Shown here in pieces: positions 41,511-53,965 of a stretch of DNA of 64,000 nucleotides. The DNA is from the human T2T-CHM13v2.0 reference genome, Homo sapiens. Every line of letters starts with the position of its first letter. The first letter of the stretch is position 1. The stretch is from assembly GCF_009914755.1 (NCBI RefSeq), contig NC_060939.1; one strand, given 5' to 3'. A program made the translations under genes and the position numbers. Under the pieces are notes generated by a model. The model saw only the letters and a program-made list of their open reading frames with translations. It made no database searches and was not told the DNA's origin.

Positions 41511-42100
41511 AGAAGACCAAGTAAAGAATTCCCCTGGCAAGTCCCCGATGCCTGCTGGGCTGAGGGGAGCATACTCTCCTGTGTGCCGCTGCTGTGCCTT
41601 GTGAAGTCCCTCATTTGAATTTAATTACACTGTTTTCTCTCTCCCCACTAACCTGTAGCAGATTACCCAATGGCAATGTGCATCTATCTAATGAAAAGGG
41701 GATAATCAAGATACATAGAGGATTAACAAAAAATGAAAGAATGATATATTTTAACCTCAACTGCACTTCCAAAACATTTTTATAGAGAGAGACAAGTAAT
41801 TGATAACCTATAAAGTTCATTTATAACTACTCATAAGCCCTGTCTTATGAATTAGTTGTTTTTTTAAGGGACATAATAAATGATGAATCAACATTTGTTA
41901 CGTGAATGAATGAAGCTGTGAAAAACATTAGGCAAAAAAAAAAAAAAAAAATAGACCTTTTCAAATATTAGGGTGTATCAAAATAAATAAAGCTACCAGA
42001 ACTGAACTTTAAGAGGAAATCTGAAATTCTGTCCTCTCTGTTGCTCAGCTTCGAGCACTGGGAACCTCCAGCAATGCCTGTCCCACCGGCAGGAGGTGTC

Positions 42101-42258
42101 TGGAATGAGTCCTGCTGACCCAGAGCAGATGTGAGTCACATTTGGGGTAAGTTTGTCAAGCTGCTCCTATCTCTTTCTGCAGCACATTTACTCAGCCCTC
42201 ATGACTCAGCTTCTACTTCATATTCTAAGTCCCTGAATGGGATTACAGCTGAACCACA
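42101..42258. promoter_or_regulatory. Candidate enhancer: TEAD, 2x AP-1, E-box and RUNX motifs
   Basis: TGGAATG 42101, TGAGTCA 42132, TGACTCAGC 42202, CAGCTG 42246, AACCACA 42252. Confidence 0.35.
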
Positions 42259-45129
42259 GCTTACTTCGCTAAAACCTTGACATCCTGCCTAGACCTTCCT
42301 AAAGGCCAGACTGCGTCTCTAGAAACCTCAGCTACACACAAACTGTGGTCCCGGGCCTCATTGTATAGACCACCCAGAATAGCAGTGGTAACAGCCTCTC
42401 ATCTTCCTCTTTCTAGACACTTCCTACTTCACTACACCAGTTACTTTACCTCACCCCTGTCCACATGAGCCAGCCAGGGTTGAGCTAGTGCTTGCCACAC
42501 CCAAAAAGACACCGACATTTGGATTGCTGGCTCCTCACTATATTTTGAACAATTCTGCCATAGATCAAGGGACCCAAAGCCATACTCAACATCCCCATCC
42601 CCAACTCTGGGCTTCTCTGTGCCCCATTTGCCTGGCCCAGAGGCATGGTTCTCTGTGACGCCAGCCACAGACAAAATACTTTCAACCACATAGCTTTCCA
42701 CTGAAGGTCTGTTTAAAATACTAAGTATCTGAAGGTGTTTTCTAAAAATGATGGGGATGACAATTTCTGCTAATGCAAGTATGTCTTAAACATCTGTAAA
42801 TTAGCAAATAATGAGTGTTACATCATTATGGAACTGAAATTCAGGTTTCAAAATCTATTAACATTACAGTACAAGTTTTTTTTTAAATTCCTGCACCCTG
42901 CATAGCTTAGTGATATATTGATTGCACATGAAGATGTAAGCAAAGTTACCTCTATTTCTATCCATGGTTTTAAAGTGCACTCTCTTACAACCCAACATTG
43001 CATGTTCATTTCCCCATTCTTTAGCAAAACCTATGAAGCAATCAGGTGAACAGCAAGTACAGGAAAGAAAATACTAAAATAATCTCAAACTCATACATCC
43101 CTAGAGATAAGAAGAAAATAAGCCTGAATACAAATACATTTTCAGTCTTTTAGAGAAAAAGTTTGAGCCCACAAAGCATTTTCTTTTTTTGATAGCATAA
43201 TTCACATTTAGCAATTTGATTTCCTTTCATTATGAACTATCATTACCCCCCAAACCCAGCCAACCTTTTAGATACATTTAACAATTATTCTTATTTTAGA
43301 AATCAAAATAAGTCTAATTAAAATTAAGAGCCATACTAATCTTAAGAGCTGAGGTTTTAAAGAAAACCTTTAGTGTATTTATATTGTCATTTACTTTTTA
43401 TTCTCAATTTTCTGTCTTCACTGGTTAGACAATTAACCAGTATTCAAGCCTGTAAAGTACTGAGAAGCATGAAATTTACATAAATAAAATAAATTAACAC
43501 AGTTAAACAATACAATATTGCCTCCTGACATCCCCATTTTCAGATGTCATCAACAAATAATCAAGATACCAAGTCAGGGTAGGCATTGTTCCTTAATAAT
43601 TGCTTAGATTATCACAGATTCACTAATCATTACAATATTATACCAGAAATTTGTTTTTAATCCAGTGAACATATTGCTAATGACTGAAACATCTAACAGC
43701 ATCATCTTTTCTAACAGCAGCAAAATGCCAAGGAATTGATTTTAATTAGGTTTTAGAAAAAGAATTATGTGAAACTCAAATATGTCATTCAATTTATGTC
43801 AAGGAGACTCTCAAAAAGGATTACGTGGTTAGCTGGACTTTGGGATGGAGGCAGATCTTTGTTTGGAATTCTCCAATTTATTTGGAAAGCTCTCATACAC
43901 ATACTGCTGATGAGTATCTCACTTCACTGCATTCTCCAACAGGTTTCTTTCTCTCTCTCCCTTCTTCCATAGCAGTAATAACCATGACGGCAGATCATTG
44001 GGATGTCTCAGTATCAAGAAAAATTATCATTTTTCCAAATCTTTCTTTATGTAACCACAGGGGGTTCTGGCTTTAATTTAGTAAGGCAGTGCAGAATTTT
44101 GAATTGAGAACTTATTTAATGAGGGTTAGAATAAAAAACCTTCTAAGCAAGCAAAAAATAGAAGGGAAACCAGGGAAATGCTACCGTTAAAAATGGGGCA
44201 TTTTGAGATGGTGAAATTGGGAAGTGGGGGGCAGAATTAGATATATGTTAATCCTTTAAAATTTTAGCAATCCACATGCTTAATTACTTCATATGGCCTT
44301 TCAACACATGCCAGCAATGGCATTTCTTGTGTATTGAGACCACTTTTGTTGCATTGGGACCTGTGAGGTTAATACCAGGGGTATCCACTGAGTAAGATCC
44401 ATAAAAGCTTTCTGGGCTTCTTAAAGGAAAATGTCCTAAAGCAACATTACATCAAAGGATAAGTAACACATGACATAAGTGTTTTTCAATATTCCTTTTA
44501 AAACTAATTCCACTTTCATAAACAATGTATTCTAAAAACAAAACAAAACACAAAAAACCTTTAAAGAAATTCTGACTCCAGGGAGAGATTTGAGCCTCTA
44601 AATTTCCTGAAACCCTTTGGAAACAATTCATATTTTTTAAAACCCTTAGGAATTCTCTCTGACTTGCAAGTGGCCACCTTTTTAGTTACTGTATATCTGA
44701 CATATGCCACAAGATTTTAAAAACTAGAGTGTGAAGCTGATGTTTTCATAAAGTTTAAATCTCTCATTTACTTCTTTTTACATTCATCATCTCTACTTAT
44801 CCACCCACTGATTCATTTCAGATTTATTGAACACATACTACCTACCTACTCTGCTCCCCAGTAGTAAAATATTTCTGTCCTGACTTTACATGAAGCCAGA
44901 ATACCATGCAAGAATCTTGCAAGGGGGTAAACACGAACACAGTGGGAATCCAAAGCTCTAGAAAATAGGTGCCATGTGGTGATAGAAGAAGAATAAGCAT
45001 CACCGCCAATTACTCCATTCCAAACTGCAGCTTACACAGATTAACACAAAGTCTAAACAGAATGGGCTTGCTATTCCAAATTCACATAAAGCAAACTCAC
45101 ATAATGCAAGTAGTGTATCATGTATTTGA

Positions 45130-45465
45130 AACTGCAGTGTGATGTGATACTCGACAGATAAGTACAAGGTGCCAGTGACACAAGGAAAGGAGTAGGGGAG
45201 TGACAGGAGGGGAGGTGTGTTGAGCTCCTGGAAGGTTCCACAGAGAAAACTCCTGAGAGAGATCTTGAGAAGATGAGTAGGAGTCTAAAAGGAAGACAAA
45301 GAAGATAAGGTATCCTGGTTAGATGAGCTAGCAAGAGCAAAGGTCCAGAGAAACTGGACCTTTCTGCACACATTCTAGTGGAGGGCTTAGTGATAAAGAC
45401 TGAGCAAAACTGGATCAAGCAGGGCCTTGTCTACCTTGCTAAAGAACATGGATTTGATCCTGTAA
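45130..45465 (-). mobile_element. L2 fragment
   Basis: gatcttgaagaagatgagtaggagt...gcaagagcaaaggtccagag...gatcaagcagggccttgt...ggatttgatcctgtaag. Confidence 0.65.
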
Positions 45466-45468
45466 GCC

Positions 45469-45966
45469 AGTGGCTCTCAAACTTTTTGGTCTCAGAATCT
45501 CTTTCTACTCTTAAAAACTATTGACGATCCCAAAGAACTTCCTTTTATGTGTGTTATATCTATCAATGTTTACCATATTAAAAGTTAAAACTGAGTAACA
45601 GTTAAAATATGTACTTACTAATTCATCTTTAATGATACTAAACCCATGATGTGATAACATAAATGTTTTAACAGAAAAATAACTGTATGTTTCCTCAAAA
45701 AATTTAGCAAGAAAAATTTAGTTTTCTATTTTTGAAATATTCTCATTAATATCTGGCTTAGTGAAAAGTAACTGAATTCTCTGTTTCTGCATTCAGTCTG
45801 TTGTGATATCATAGAGACATTGAAAAATTCCACTACAGATCCATGAGAAAATAAGAGTGAAAAACATAAACGATATTTTAGTATTATTATAAAATTTGTT
45901 TAATCATTTAGATCCCCTGAGTCTCAAGGGCTTCCAGAGATGTCCAGGTCAGTGAGCAGTGACACT
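45469..45966. mobile_element. Charlie4a/MER80-like hAT element
   Basis: cagtggctctcaaactttttggtctcagaatctctttctactcttaaaaactattgacgatcccaaaga. Confidence 0.75.
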
Positions 45967-47829
45967 GTTGTCATTTGGGGATCAAGTTACATTTAAACAA
46001 GGGCATAAACTGAATATACCTGCATTTTAGAAAATGGCATTGCAAATGATACAGATATGAAGAAAGCAAAGTAAAAACATTCTGGAGAGTATACCTAACA
46101 TTCACAAATAATACAGAAAATTTTCATGTGGCTTAAGCACTAGCTTTTCACTACAGAGATGTTACTTTTCAACAACATCAAAAGAACATATACCTCTTCA
46201 AATATGCTCAATATTTGCCTGATCCTATAATCAAAATGATATAAAGGTGACTATAGATAACTTTACGCCAGTCAACTAAAAATTTAAACAAAATGCACAA
46301 ATCCCTAGAAAAATATAACTTACTAAAATGTATACAAAAAGAAACACAAACCCTAAGTAGTCTGGAAAGAAGGGCTAATGCTCATCTTATAAGCACTTAT
46401 AGTCATATCATTTATTTACAGCTGATAACCATTTGACCCATCAGGTGTGCACTCTAGTTGACCTATGCCTATTCTCTATCTCATGTTAATAACAAGATTT
46501 AAAATATCACTCTCATGTACAGCCATTAAATCACTGAGTCAAAATCACTTTCCCGCAAAGAAAATGTGAAGCCCAAATGATTTCACCATTGAGATATGCC
46601 AAACATTTAAGGAAAAATATATCGCTAAACATATATGAATTATCCCAGAGAACAGGAAAAGAAGAACTACTCTTTAACAAATTTTCAGAGGCTAGCATAA
46701 CTTGATACCAAACTCTCACAAAGAGTGTATAGGAAAGGGAAATTAAAAGACAACCCTCAGTCATGAACCCAGATTTACAATTTTAAAATAAAATATAAGC
46801 AAACTAAATATAGCAATATACAAAGAGGATAAGATACCGTAAGTAAGTAAAGTTTATTCAAGGACTGTAAGGTATCTTTAATATTAGAAAATCAATCAAT
46901 ATAATTTACCACCTTAACAGGTTAAAGAAGAAAAATTATATGGCCATCTCAATAAATTCAGAAAAAGCCTTTGATAAAACTGAAAATCTTTTCTGTATTG
47001 ATCTAGAAATCCTACACAGCACATGAGGAAGGAAAAAAGTTATTATTAGCAAATAACAAAATGTGTAAAAAAAAAAAGCTATACTTATACATTTTAGCAT
47101 TAATTAAAGAGCCCAACAAGTTGTCAAGATATAAGGTCACTATGAAAAAATTATGTATCTAAATATCAGAAACAGAATATGAAATAAAACTTAAAATACC
47201 ACTTAAAATTGTATCACAAATATGAGATACCTAGAAGTAAATGTAACAAAAGAGTCCAAAAATACCACTTTCTTTTTTTTTTTTTTTTTTTACACATCTT
47301 TAATTTTATTACTTAAATGCCCACTTGCCCAGAATTGCCCCCATGAATTCTGGAAGTTTTTCCAAGAGGAGAGAAAACTGTGACTCTGATCAGTCCTGAC
47401 TTTCATTGTCATTGTTTAATGCTGCTACCAGATAGTTTCTTGAAGACCCTGTGTCATTGTCTACTCTGGTTTTCAATGATCCTGCTGCTCAGACCGTGAA
47501 GTTTCTTAAAAGGAGAAAGATCCCTCTCTCTGTGGTACTTCATAGCAGGGCCCTTATGACTATAGTTCTTTTAATTGCATTCACCTACTCAGTGCCCTAA
47601 GCCCATGCAGACTAGCAGAAGCAGGAGCGATTTCCAGCCTCATCCAAAGGTTGCCCTGAAACCAACAAGCAAGGTCCTATGTTGATCCATGGCCACGAGC
47701 CCAGACAATCCCTTCCTGATGTGAGTTCCATCTTGGAAATTCCTGGTATCCATGCAAGCCAGCCTCAGACATCAGTCAGCACCACCTCAGTTCTCAAAGC
47801 AGTTCTTCAATAACAGAAACAGTAATGAC

Positions 47830-48020
47830 ACTAATACTTAAAAGCCTGTTCTAAGTACTTTGTTCATTTAATTCTCATAGGAATCCTATCAACTTTTGCC
47901 ACATTTTTCTGATGAAGGAATGGAGATATCAAGAGATTAGGTAGCACAGCTAGTAACTGGCAGGGGCGGGAGGATTTGAACCTAGGAAGACTGGCTCCAG
48001 AGCCTGTGCTTGTAACCACA
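47830..48020 (-). mobile_element. MIR inside the retro-insertion
   Basis: gttctaagtacttt...tcatttaattctcatag...cacagctagtaactggcag...ggatttgaacctagg...ctggctccagagcctgtgct. Confidence 0.85.
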
Positions 48021-48321
48021 GCTACCTTAAATTCCAAAGGTAAGAGATTGAAGTCTCTGCTTCCTTGGAGGTTCCCTGAGCCCTGTGTAAGGATGTGCCT
48101 CCTCTCTACTTCCCCAAACCCAACACCTTAAAGATTATAGAGCAGAGACTTTGTCAAACAACAAAAGGTTTGCACGATCCACTCCACAGAGCAATTAGGC
48201 ACCTCCATGTCTGGGTAGACAGAGGCCATCCAAGTGATCCTTCCAAGAATGAAGAATAAAAGTCACTGTCAAAGGTGATTTTTGGTCTCCATCTGAGTGA
48301 GAAGTGTCTGGAAACTTTTAA

Positions 48322-48585
<264 letters not shown>

Positions 48586-48814
48586 TAAAGAGAAAGTGGA
48601 AAATAAAACATACTGGAAAACATTAAAGAAGATTTAAAAGAATGGAGATATATTCAATATTCATGTATTGGAGGACTCAATATTGTAAATTTGTCATTCT
48701 CCAAGATTAATAAATCCAAAGCAATCTCAATCAAAATCCCAATAGATTTCTTTTTTTAAATTTTCTTTGGTATTTTTAATTTTTACTTAATATTACATTA
48801 GGATACAGTATAAC

Positions 48815-48905
48815 ACAACCTGGATTTGAATCCTGGCTCTGTTACAAGTCAGCTAACATTGGACAAGCAGCTTAATTTCCTCATCTGTGAAACAGGAATA
48901 ATAAT
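48815..48905 (+). mobile_element. MIR fragment
   Basis: acctggatttgaatcctggctctg...ttcctcatctgtgaaacaggaataataat. Confidence 0.75.
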
Positions 48906-48906
48906 A

Positions 48907-49412
48907 TTATTTTATTTTACTCTAAATTCTGGGATACATATGCAGAACGTGCAGGTTTGTTACATAGGTATACGTGTGCCATGGTGGTTTGCTGCACCTA
49001 TAAACCTGTCATTTAGCTATTAAGTCCCACATGCATTAGCTATTTGTCCTGATGCTCTCCCTCCCCTTGCCCCCCATTCCCCAACAGGCCTCGGTGTGTG
49101 ATGTTACCCTCCCTATGTCCATGTGTTCTCATTGTTCAACTCCCGCTTATGAGTGAGAACATGTGGTGTTCGGTTTTCTGTTCCTCTGCTGGTTTGCTGA
49201 GGATGATGGCTTCCAGCTTCATCCTTGTCCCTACAAAGGACATGATCTCATTCCTTTTTATGGCTGCATAATATTCCATGATGTATATGTGCCACATTTT
49301 CTTTATCCAGTCTATCACTGATGGGCATTTTGTTGGTTCCATGTCTTTGCTATTATAAATAGTGCTGCAATAAACACATGTGTGCATGTGTCTTTACAGT
49401 AGAATGATTTAT
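48907..49412 (-). mobile_element. L1PA (PA8-like) 3' end, about 500 bp
   Basis: ttctgggatacatatgcagaacgtgcaggtttgttacatagg...; ORF 49136-49387 gives the ORF2 C-terminus WIKKMWHIYIMEYYAAIK. Confidence 0.93.
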
Positions 49413-50104
49413 ATTTCTTATGAAACTTAACAAGCTGATGGAAATTCACAGATAAAATAATAGTCAAAATACTCCAGAAGACATACAAGGTAGGAAGACA
49501 TGCTTTACCAGGTCTCAAAACCTATGAAAAGATATAGTAACTAATATGTTGTTGGCACTCAGATAAACAAATTTCTCCAAGGAGAACCAAGAAACATTCC
49601 TATACACGCATAAAAGCTTGACTTATGAGAGAGATAACCCTTCAGAGCATTGGGAAATAACCTTGTTTCTTAAATAAAATATATTAGTAACATGGAATAT
49701 CCATATGGGCATAAGAGTCACACTGAACACAAAAATCCATTGTAAGTGTGAACAATAAAACTTTAAAGTTTGTAGAAGATAATAGAAGTGATTATCTCAA
49801 TTTCCTCTGAGTTTGGGAATGATTTCTCAAATAAGACACCAAAAAAGCAGTAACCTGGAAAGATTGAAATATTTGATCAATTAAAATTCAGATCTTTTCT
49901 TCATGAAAAGATACCATAAAAAGTTAAAAATAACCCAGAGATTAGTAAAAGTTATTTGCAAGACATCTACCTCCAAGACTAGTATCCAGAATATATAAAG
50001 AATTTCTGCCAATTAATAACAGATAATCCAACATAACAATAGACCCCCAAAATTGAACAGATATTTCACAAAATAAAAAATCCCAATGGCCCAATAAATA
50101 TGCA

Positions 50105-50702
50105 TGTACCTAATATCTCCTTGACCTTAACTGTCTCCACAACATCTTGCCACTTGTTTCAGCCCCAGCCATTGCCAAGGCCACCACTCTGAAGGGACTC
50201 TGACCAACTGCATGGGGACACAACCCAGTGGCACCTAATATCAAACCCATACAAAGCACTTCTCACCTCCTTCTCAAAGGGGCTTTTCATTTGATAGTTA
50301 GGACCACTTAGCACCCACATATGCACAGACCAGAAGTGTATGGAGATCAAAGTCCCATGGGATCAATCTTTGACCAGAGGAAGAGAGGAGCCAATGAATA
50401 CATTCTTCTTCCTTCTTTCTCATTTGCTTTCCTCCTAACACTAGCATGCACCCACAGGTTTTCATGAGAAATGATCCTTTATACAATCTCTCAGAAGACG
50501 GTCCCATGAGATCAAGCAAGTGTTTGCACAAGAAAACAGAGGCAGCTAGTTTAAAATGCATCCTTGAGTTAGCTCTTTCTCTTTTCCTGCTTCACTCTCC
50601 TGATGCCTCAGTGCTGCTTCCTTGAATTACACTCCCACTAAAGAAATAGCACATAAGCCTTCACCCCCAAGCTCTGTGTTTTAGGGAGCCCAAACTAAGA
50701 CA
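50105..50702 (+). mobile_element. LTR16-family (ERVL) solo LTR
   Basis: ccagaagtg...ctttgaccagaggaagagaggagccaatgaata...agctctgtgttttagggagcccaaactaagaca. Confidence 0.7.
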
Positions 50703-50979
50703 ATATGAAAAGTTGCTCAATCTCATTTGTAATCAGTGATTTACACAAGAGATACCAATGCATGCCCACCAGACAGGTAAAAAACAAACAATTCTGAATG
50801 TACTAAGTATTAGCAAGAATGTGAAAAAAAAAACAGAAATTCATACACTGTTAATATTAGTCCAAATTGGTGCAAACACTGGAATATGATTTGGCCCTTA
50901 TCCAACAAAAGATGAATATATGCAAACCTTAGAACTGAGACTAGTATTCAACTTCTGGCTATATTACCCAAGACAAAAA

Positions 50980-51085
50980 GCAGTTTTACTATGAAGCTAA
51001 ATAAATTTAAGCTGTGGGGCATCTCACTGGCATGGATTCACCTCTAAGTCCTTATACCTAATATTGTATTCACAACTTTGAAGTG
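50980..51085. mobile_element. hAT-Tip100 (Arthur1-like) fragment
   Basis: tttactatgaagctaa...ctcactggcatgga...tacctaatattgtattcacaactttg. Confidence 0.45.
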
Positions 51086-51421
51086 CACATATGTTTTACA
51101 GAAAGTCTAAGCTATAATTTTATACTATACAGCACAAATTACAGAAAACGTTCAGCTACACATACAACATGGATGAATTTTACAAACTTAACATTAAGAG
51201 AGAAAAGCAAGACATATAACAAGCTTAATTTAAGCAAGAGTTTATAGTGTATGATGCTTTTTATATAAGGTTCAAAAAGACACTAACCTAACCTTATTGA
51301 TAATAGATATATACATAGGTGATAAAACCAAACAGAAAAGCAAGCAATCAATTACCATGAAAGCCGGGATAGTGATTACCTCTAGGGGTAAGGGAGAGGT
51401 AGTAATAGAAGGGATTCTGAA

Positions 51422-51513
51422 GGCCGGGCGCAGTGAGGGGCTCATTCCTGTAATCCCAGCACTTTGGGAGGCCAATGAGGGTGGATCACTTGAGGCCTAG
51501 AGTTCAAGACCAG
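51422..51513 (+). mobile_element. 3'-truncated Alu (first ~90 nt, no A tail)
   Basis: ggccgggcgcagtg...gagttcaagaccag flanked by agaagggattctgaa / agaagtgatcctgaa. Confidence 0.88.
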
Positions 51514-52184
51514 AAGTGATCCTGAAGAGCTGCCATTATTCTACTTTTTGACCACAGTGTTTATTACACAGCTTATATTTTGTAGTTATTCATCAATTTT
51601 ACATTTCCATTTTATGCACTTTACTGCATATGTATGTTTCAGAAAATTAAGGGAAAAAATAAAATATTTAACAAATAATTACTACCAGCTCTCTCCCTTA
51701 GTGCCTATGAAACCAGGTAACCACATGTCACCTTGAGTTGCAGAAGCATGTGGAGGGAAGAGAAGTGCTCTCTTGCAGGTCTAGTGGGGTCCTCACACAG
51801 GAGTCCGCCTTCAGCAATTAAGATGAATTCCAGGCAGGTCACTATTTCTGGATTTGTAGACTTCTGAATATTACCTACTACCAACTAAATTAACCTTCAA
51901 AACATGAGAGCAGTTAAAAATTTTCCTGCATATACATCAAGGATTTAAGAAAATACACGCACAAGTGAACAAGCAGAAAAGTGGCAGAGCTGATCTTTCC
52001 TCTCCAAGTGGGAGCGTTCATGGAGCCTCAATATAAGGTAAAATTAGTGATAATGAGTTCAAATTATTAACAAAGTTATCAAGAAGATAATTTGGTGAGG
52101 ATTTAAGTTCCCTCTTGTTTACAATAAAGCTTTCCCTGAGAGTGTATTGTACCTGAAAAACAAGCAAACAAAAAAACCCAGAGC

Positions 52185-52350
52185 ACTAACACTTACCAGT
52201 TGTGTGACTTTGGGCAAGTTACTTAACTTCCCCAAGGCCTGAATGTCCTGGAAATTCAGTGATGAAAAGACTACCTGTATCCCGTGTGAGGATTAAATAG
52301 AATAATCCATGTTAAATGCTTAGCATAGTATCTGGTAAACAGCAGGCATA
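52185..52350 (+). mobile_element. MIR SINE
   Basis: cacttaccagttgtgtgactttgggcaagttacttaac...gtgaggattaaat. Confidence 0.85.
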
Positions 52351-53279
52351 TACTATATCAGCCACCGTCTTTTATTTTTTATTGGTGATTGTTATTCAAG
52401 GGGTCTGTAAACACACTGGAAAGGATGAAATTCCATGCTAAGAAATCATAACTCAGATAGTCCTACAGAAAACAAGAAACTCAATCTGATCTTTATTTAC
52501 TGAGAAACACAAAATCCACATGAAGGAAATCAAGTTCCCCAAATATATTTGAACCTAGAACAAGAAATAAAAGGTCTCCAGTAGACATTCAGTATTAGTG
52601 TCTTATGTTAAAAGCATATTTTTCCAAAAAGTCTTCAAATACAATGGTAACAAACTTTATATTTATACCCATATGGATAAAACTATCCATCTTAAGTAAC
52701 AGTCTCTGAAATTAACCCTACTTGCTCTCAGCTTGAAGATTATATTTTTTTAAAGCAAGCATACATTTTATTTTAGTGTTGGAATACCAGAAGAATGTTC
52801 CTCTATTTACAAGATTTAAAAAAAAAGATTTCAATAGCTCAAAGGTAAAACATCCAATTTAGCAAGAAAATAGTCTTCAATGAAGACACATGTGCTTTTC
52901 AACGAAAAAAATCCTGATTTGAATTCCATTTAATTGGCTTTAAATAGTATCACTGTGATGTGAAAAAGTAATATGATTGACTTGAATAAGTATCATGCCA
53001 GTTTTATCACAGCTGATGCTTAAGCTATAATTTCTATGTAGATACCTACCACAAGCAACTGTAAAAATCCACAGAGTAGACACTATAGCAAGCCCCTCTT
53101 GTAATTTTTAGAAGAGAAAAGGCTTATCTCAATGCTGAGAACCCCACTTTTTCAGAGTATGTTAGAGAAAGATGTACAAGAATCTCCCAATTTTCTCAAG
53201 ATTTACCACTCCAATGTATGGGCTGATTTAGTGACACCTGGCATATCTGTGCTTAATTAACATATATCCAAAAGCCCAA

Positions 53280-53575
53280 TCTATTTTCCAACAACTGTTA
53301 AATTAAAATATAACCAAAATAAGATAAAAGGCAAATAAATCAGGGAAAACGTAAGATAAAGGATGTGAACAGACAATTCACAAAGCAGCGATTCAAAGGA
53401 CCTACAAGGATATGCTGAAATGATAGTGAAATTCACTAGTGGTGAGGTCAGTGTTTGACAAGGGACATCACTGTAAAAGAATCATACTAGCAAAAATACA
53501 AAAAAAGTAACAATATCTATTTTAGGTTAGATGATAAAAGGAACACTTGCATACATTGTGGGTGGCAGTAAAAAA
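53280..53575 (+). mobile_element. Old L1M fragment
   Basis: aaaggatgtgaacagacaattcacaaa...ggaacacttgcatacattgtgggtgg. Confidence 0.6.
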
Positions 53576-53799
53576 AGTGTTTCGGCCAAATTAATGAATG
53601 AGATAAAAGAAAACTATGGGATCTTAAAAAATATGATCTCTTTCTCATGTTATCCACATATCAATGACCATTTCAGGCGGAAGCAGGAAGCACCTTTCAA
53701 TGTGGACAGCCTATCCCCAGTTGCCAAACAGGATAGAGAAACCATGGCCAGGTGGTAGTAGAAAAATCACTTTATGTGTTTCAGTGGTACAAAAGAAAA

Positions 53800-53965
53800 T
53801 TAAGGGCTTTGGCATCAAACCCATTAGCTGCTTAATGTGGAAAGTTTTTTTAACTTACTGGAATCTCAGTTTCCTCATCTGTAAACTACTATAGGCCTAA
53901 CTTGTTCGGTTACTGTGCTTATTACCTAACATGACATGTGCCATGTGAGTGCTCAATAGATGGCT
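53800..53965 (+). mobile_element. MIR SINE
   Basis: ctcagtttcctcatctgtaaa...gtgagtgctcaataga. Confidence 0.75.

Noticed and set aside
49136-49387. 83-aa ORF with WIKKMWHIYIMEYYAAIK
   Set aside because: C-terminus of L1 ORF2p in a truncated L1PA; not a gene.
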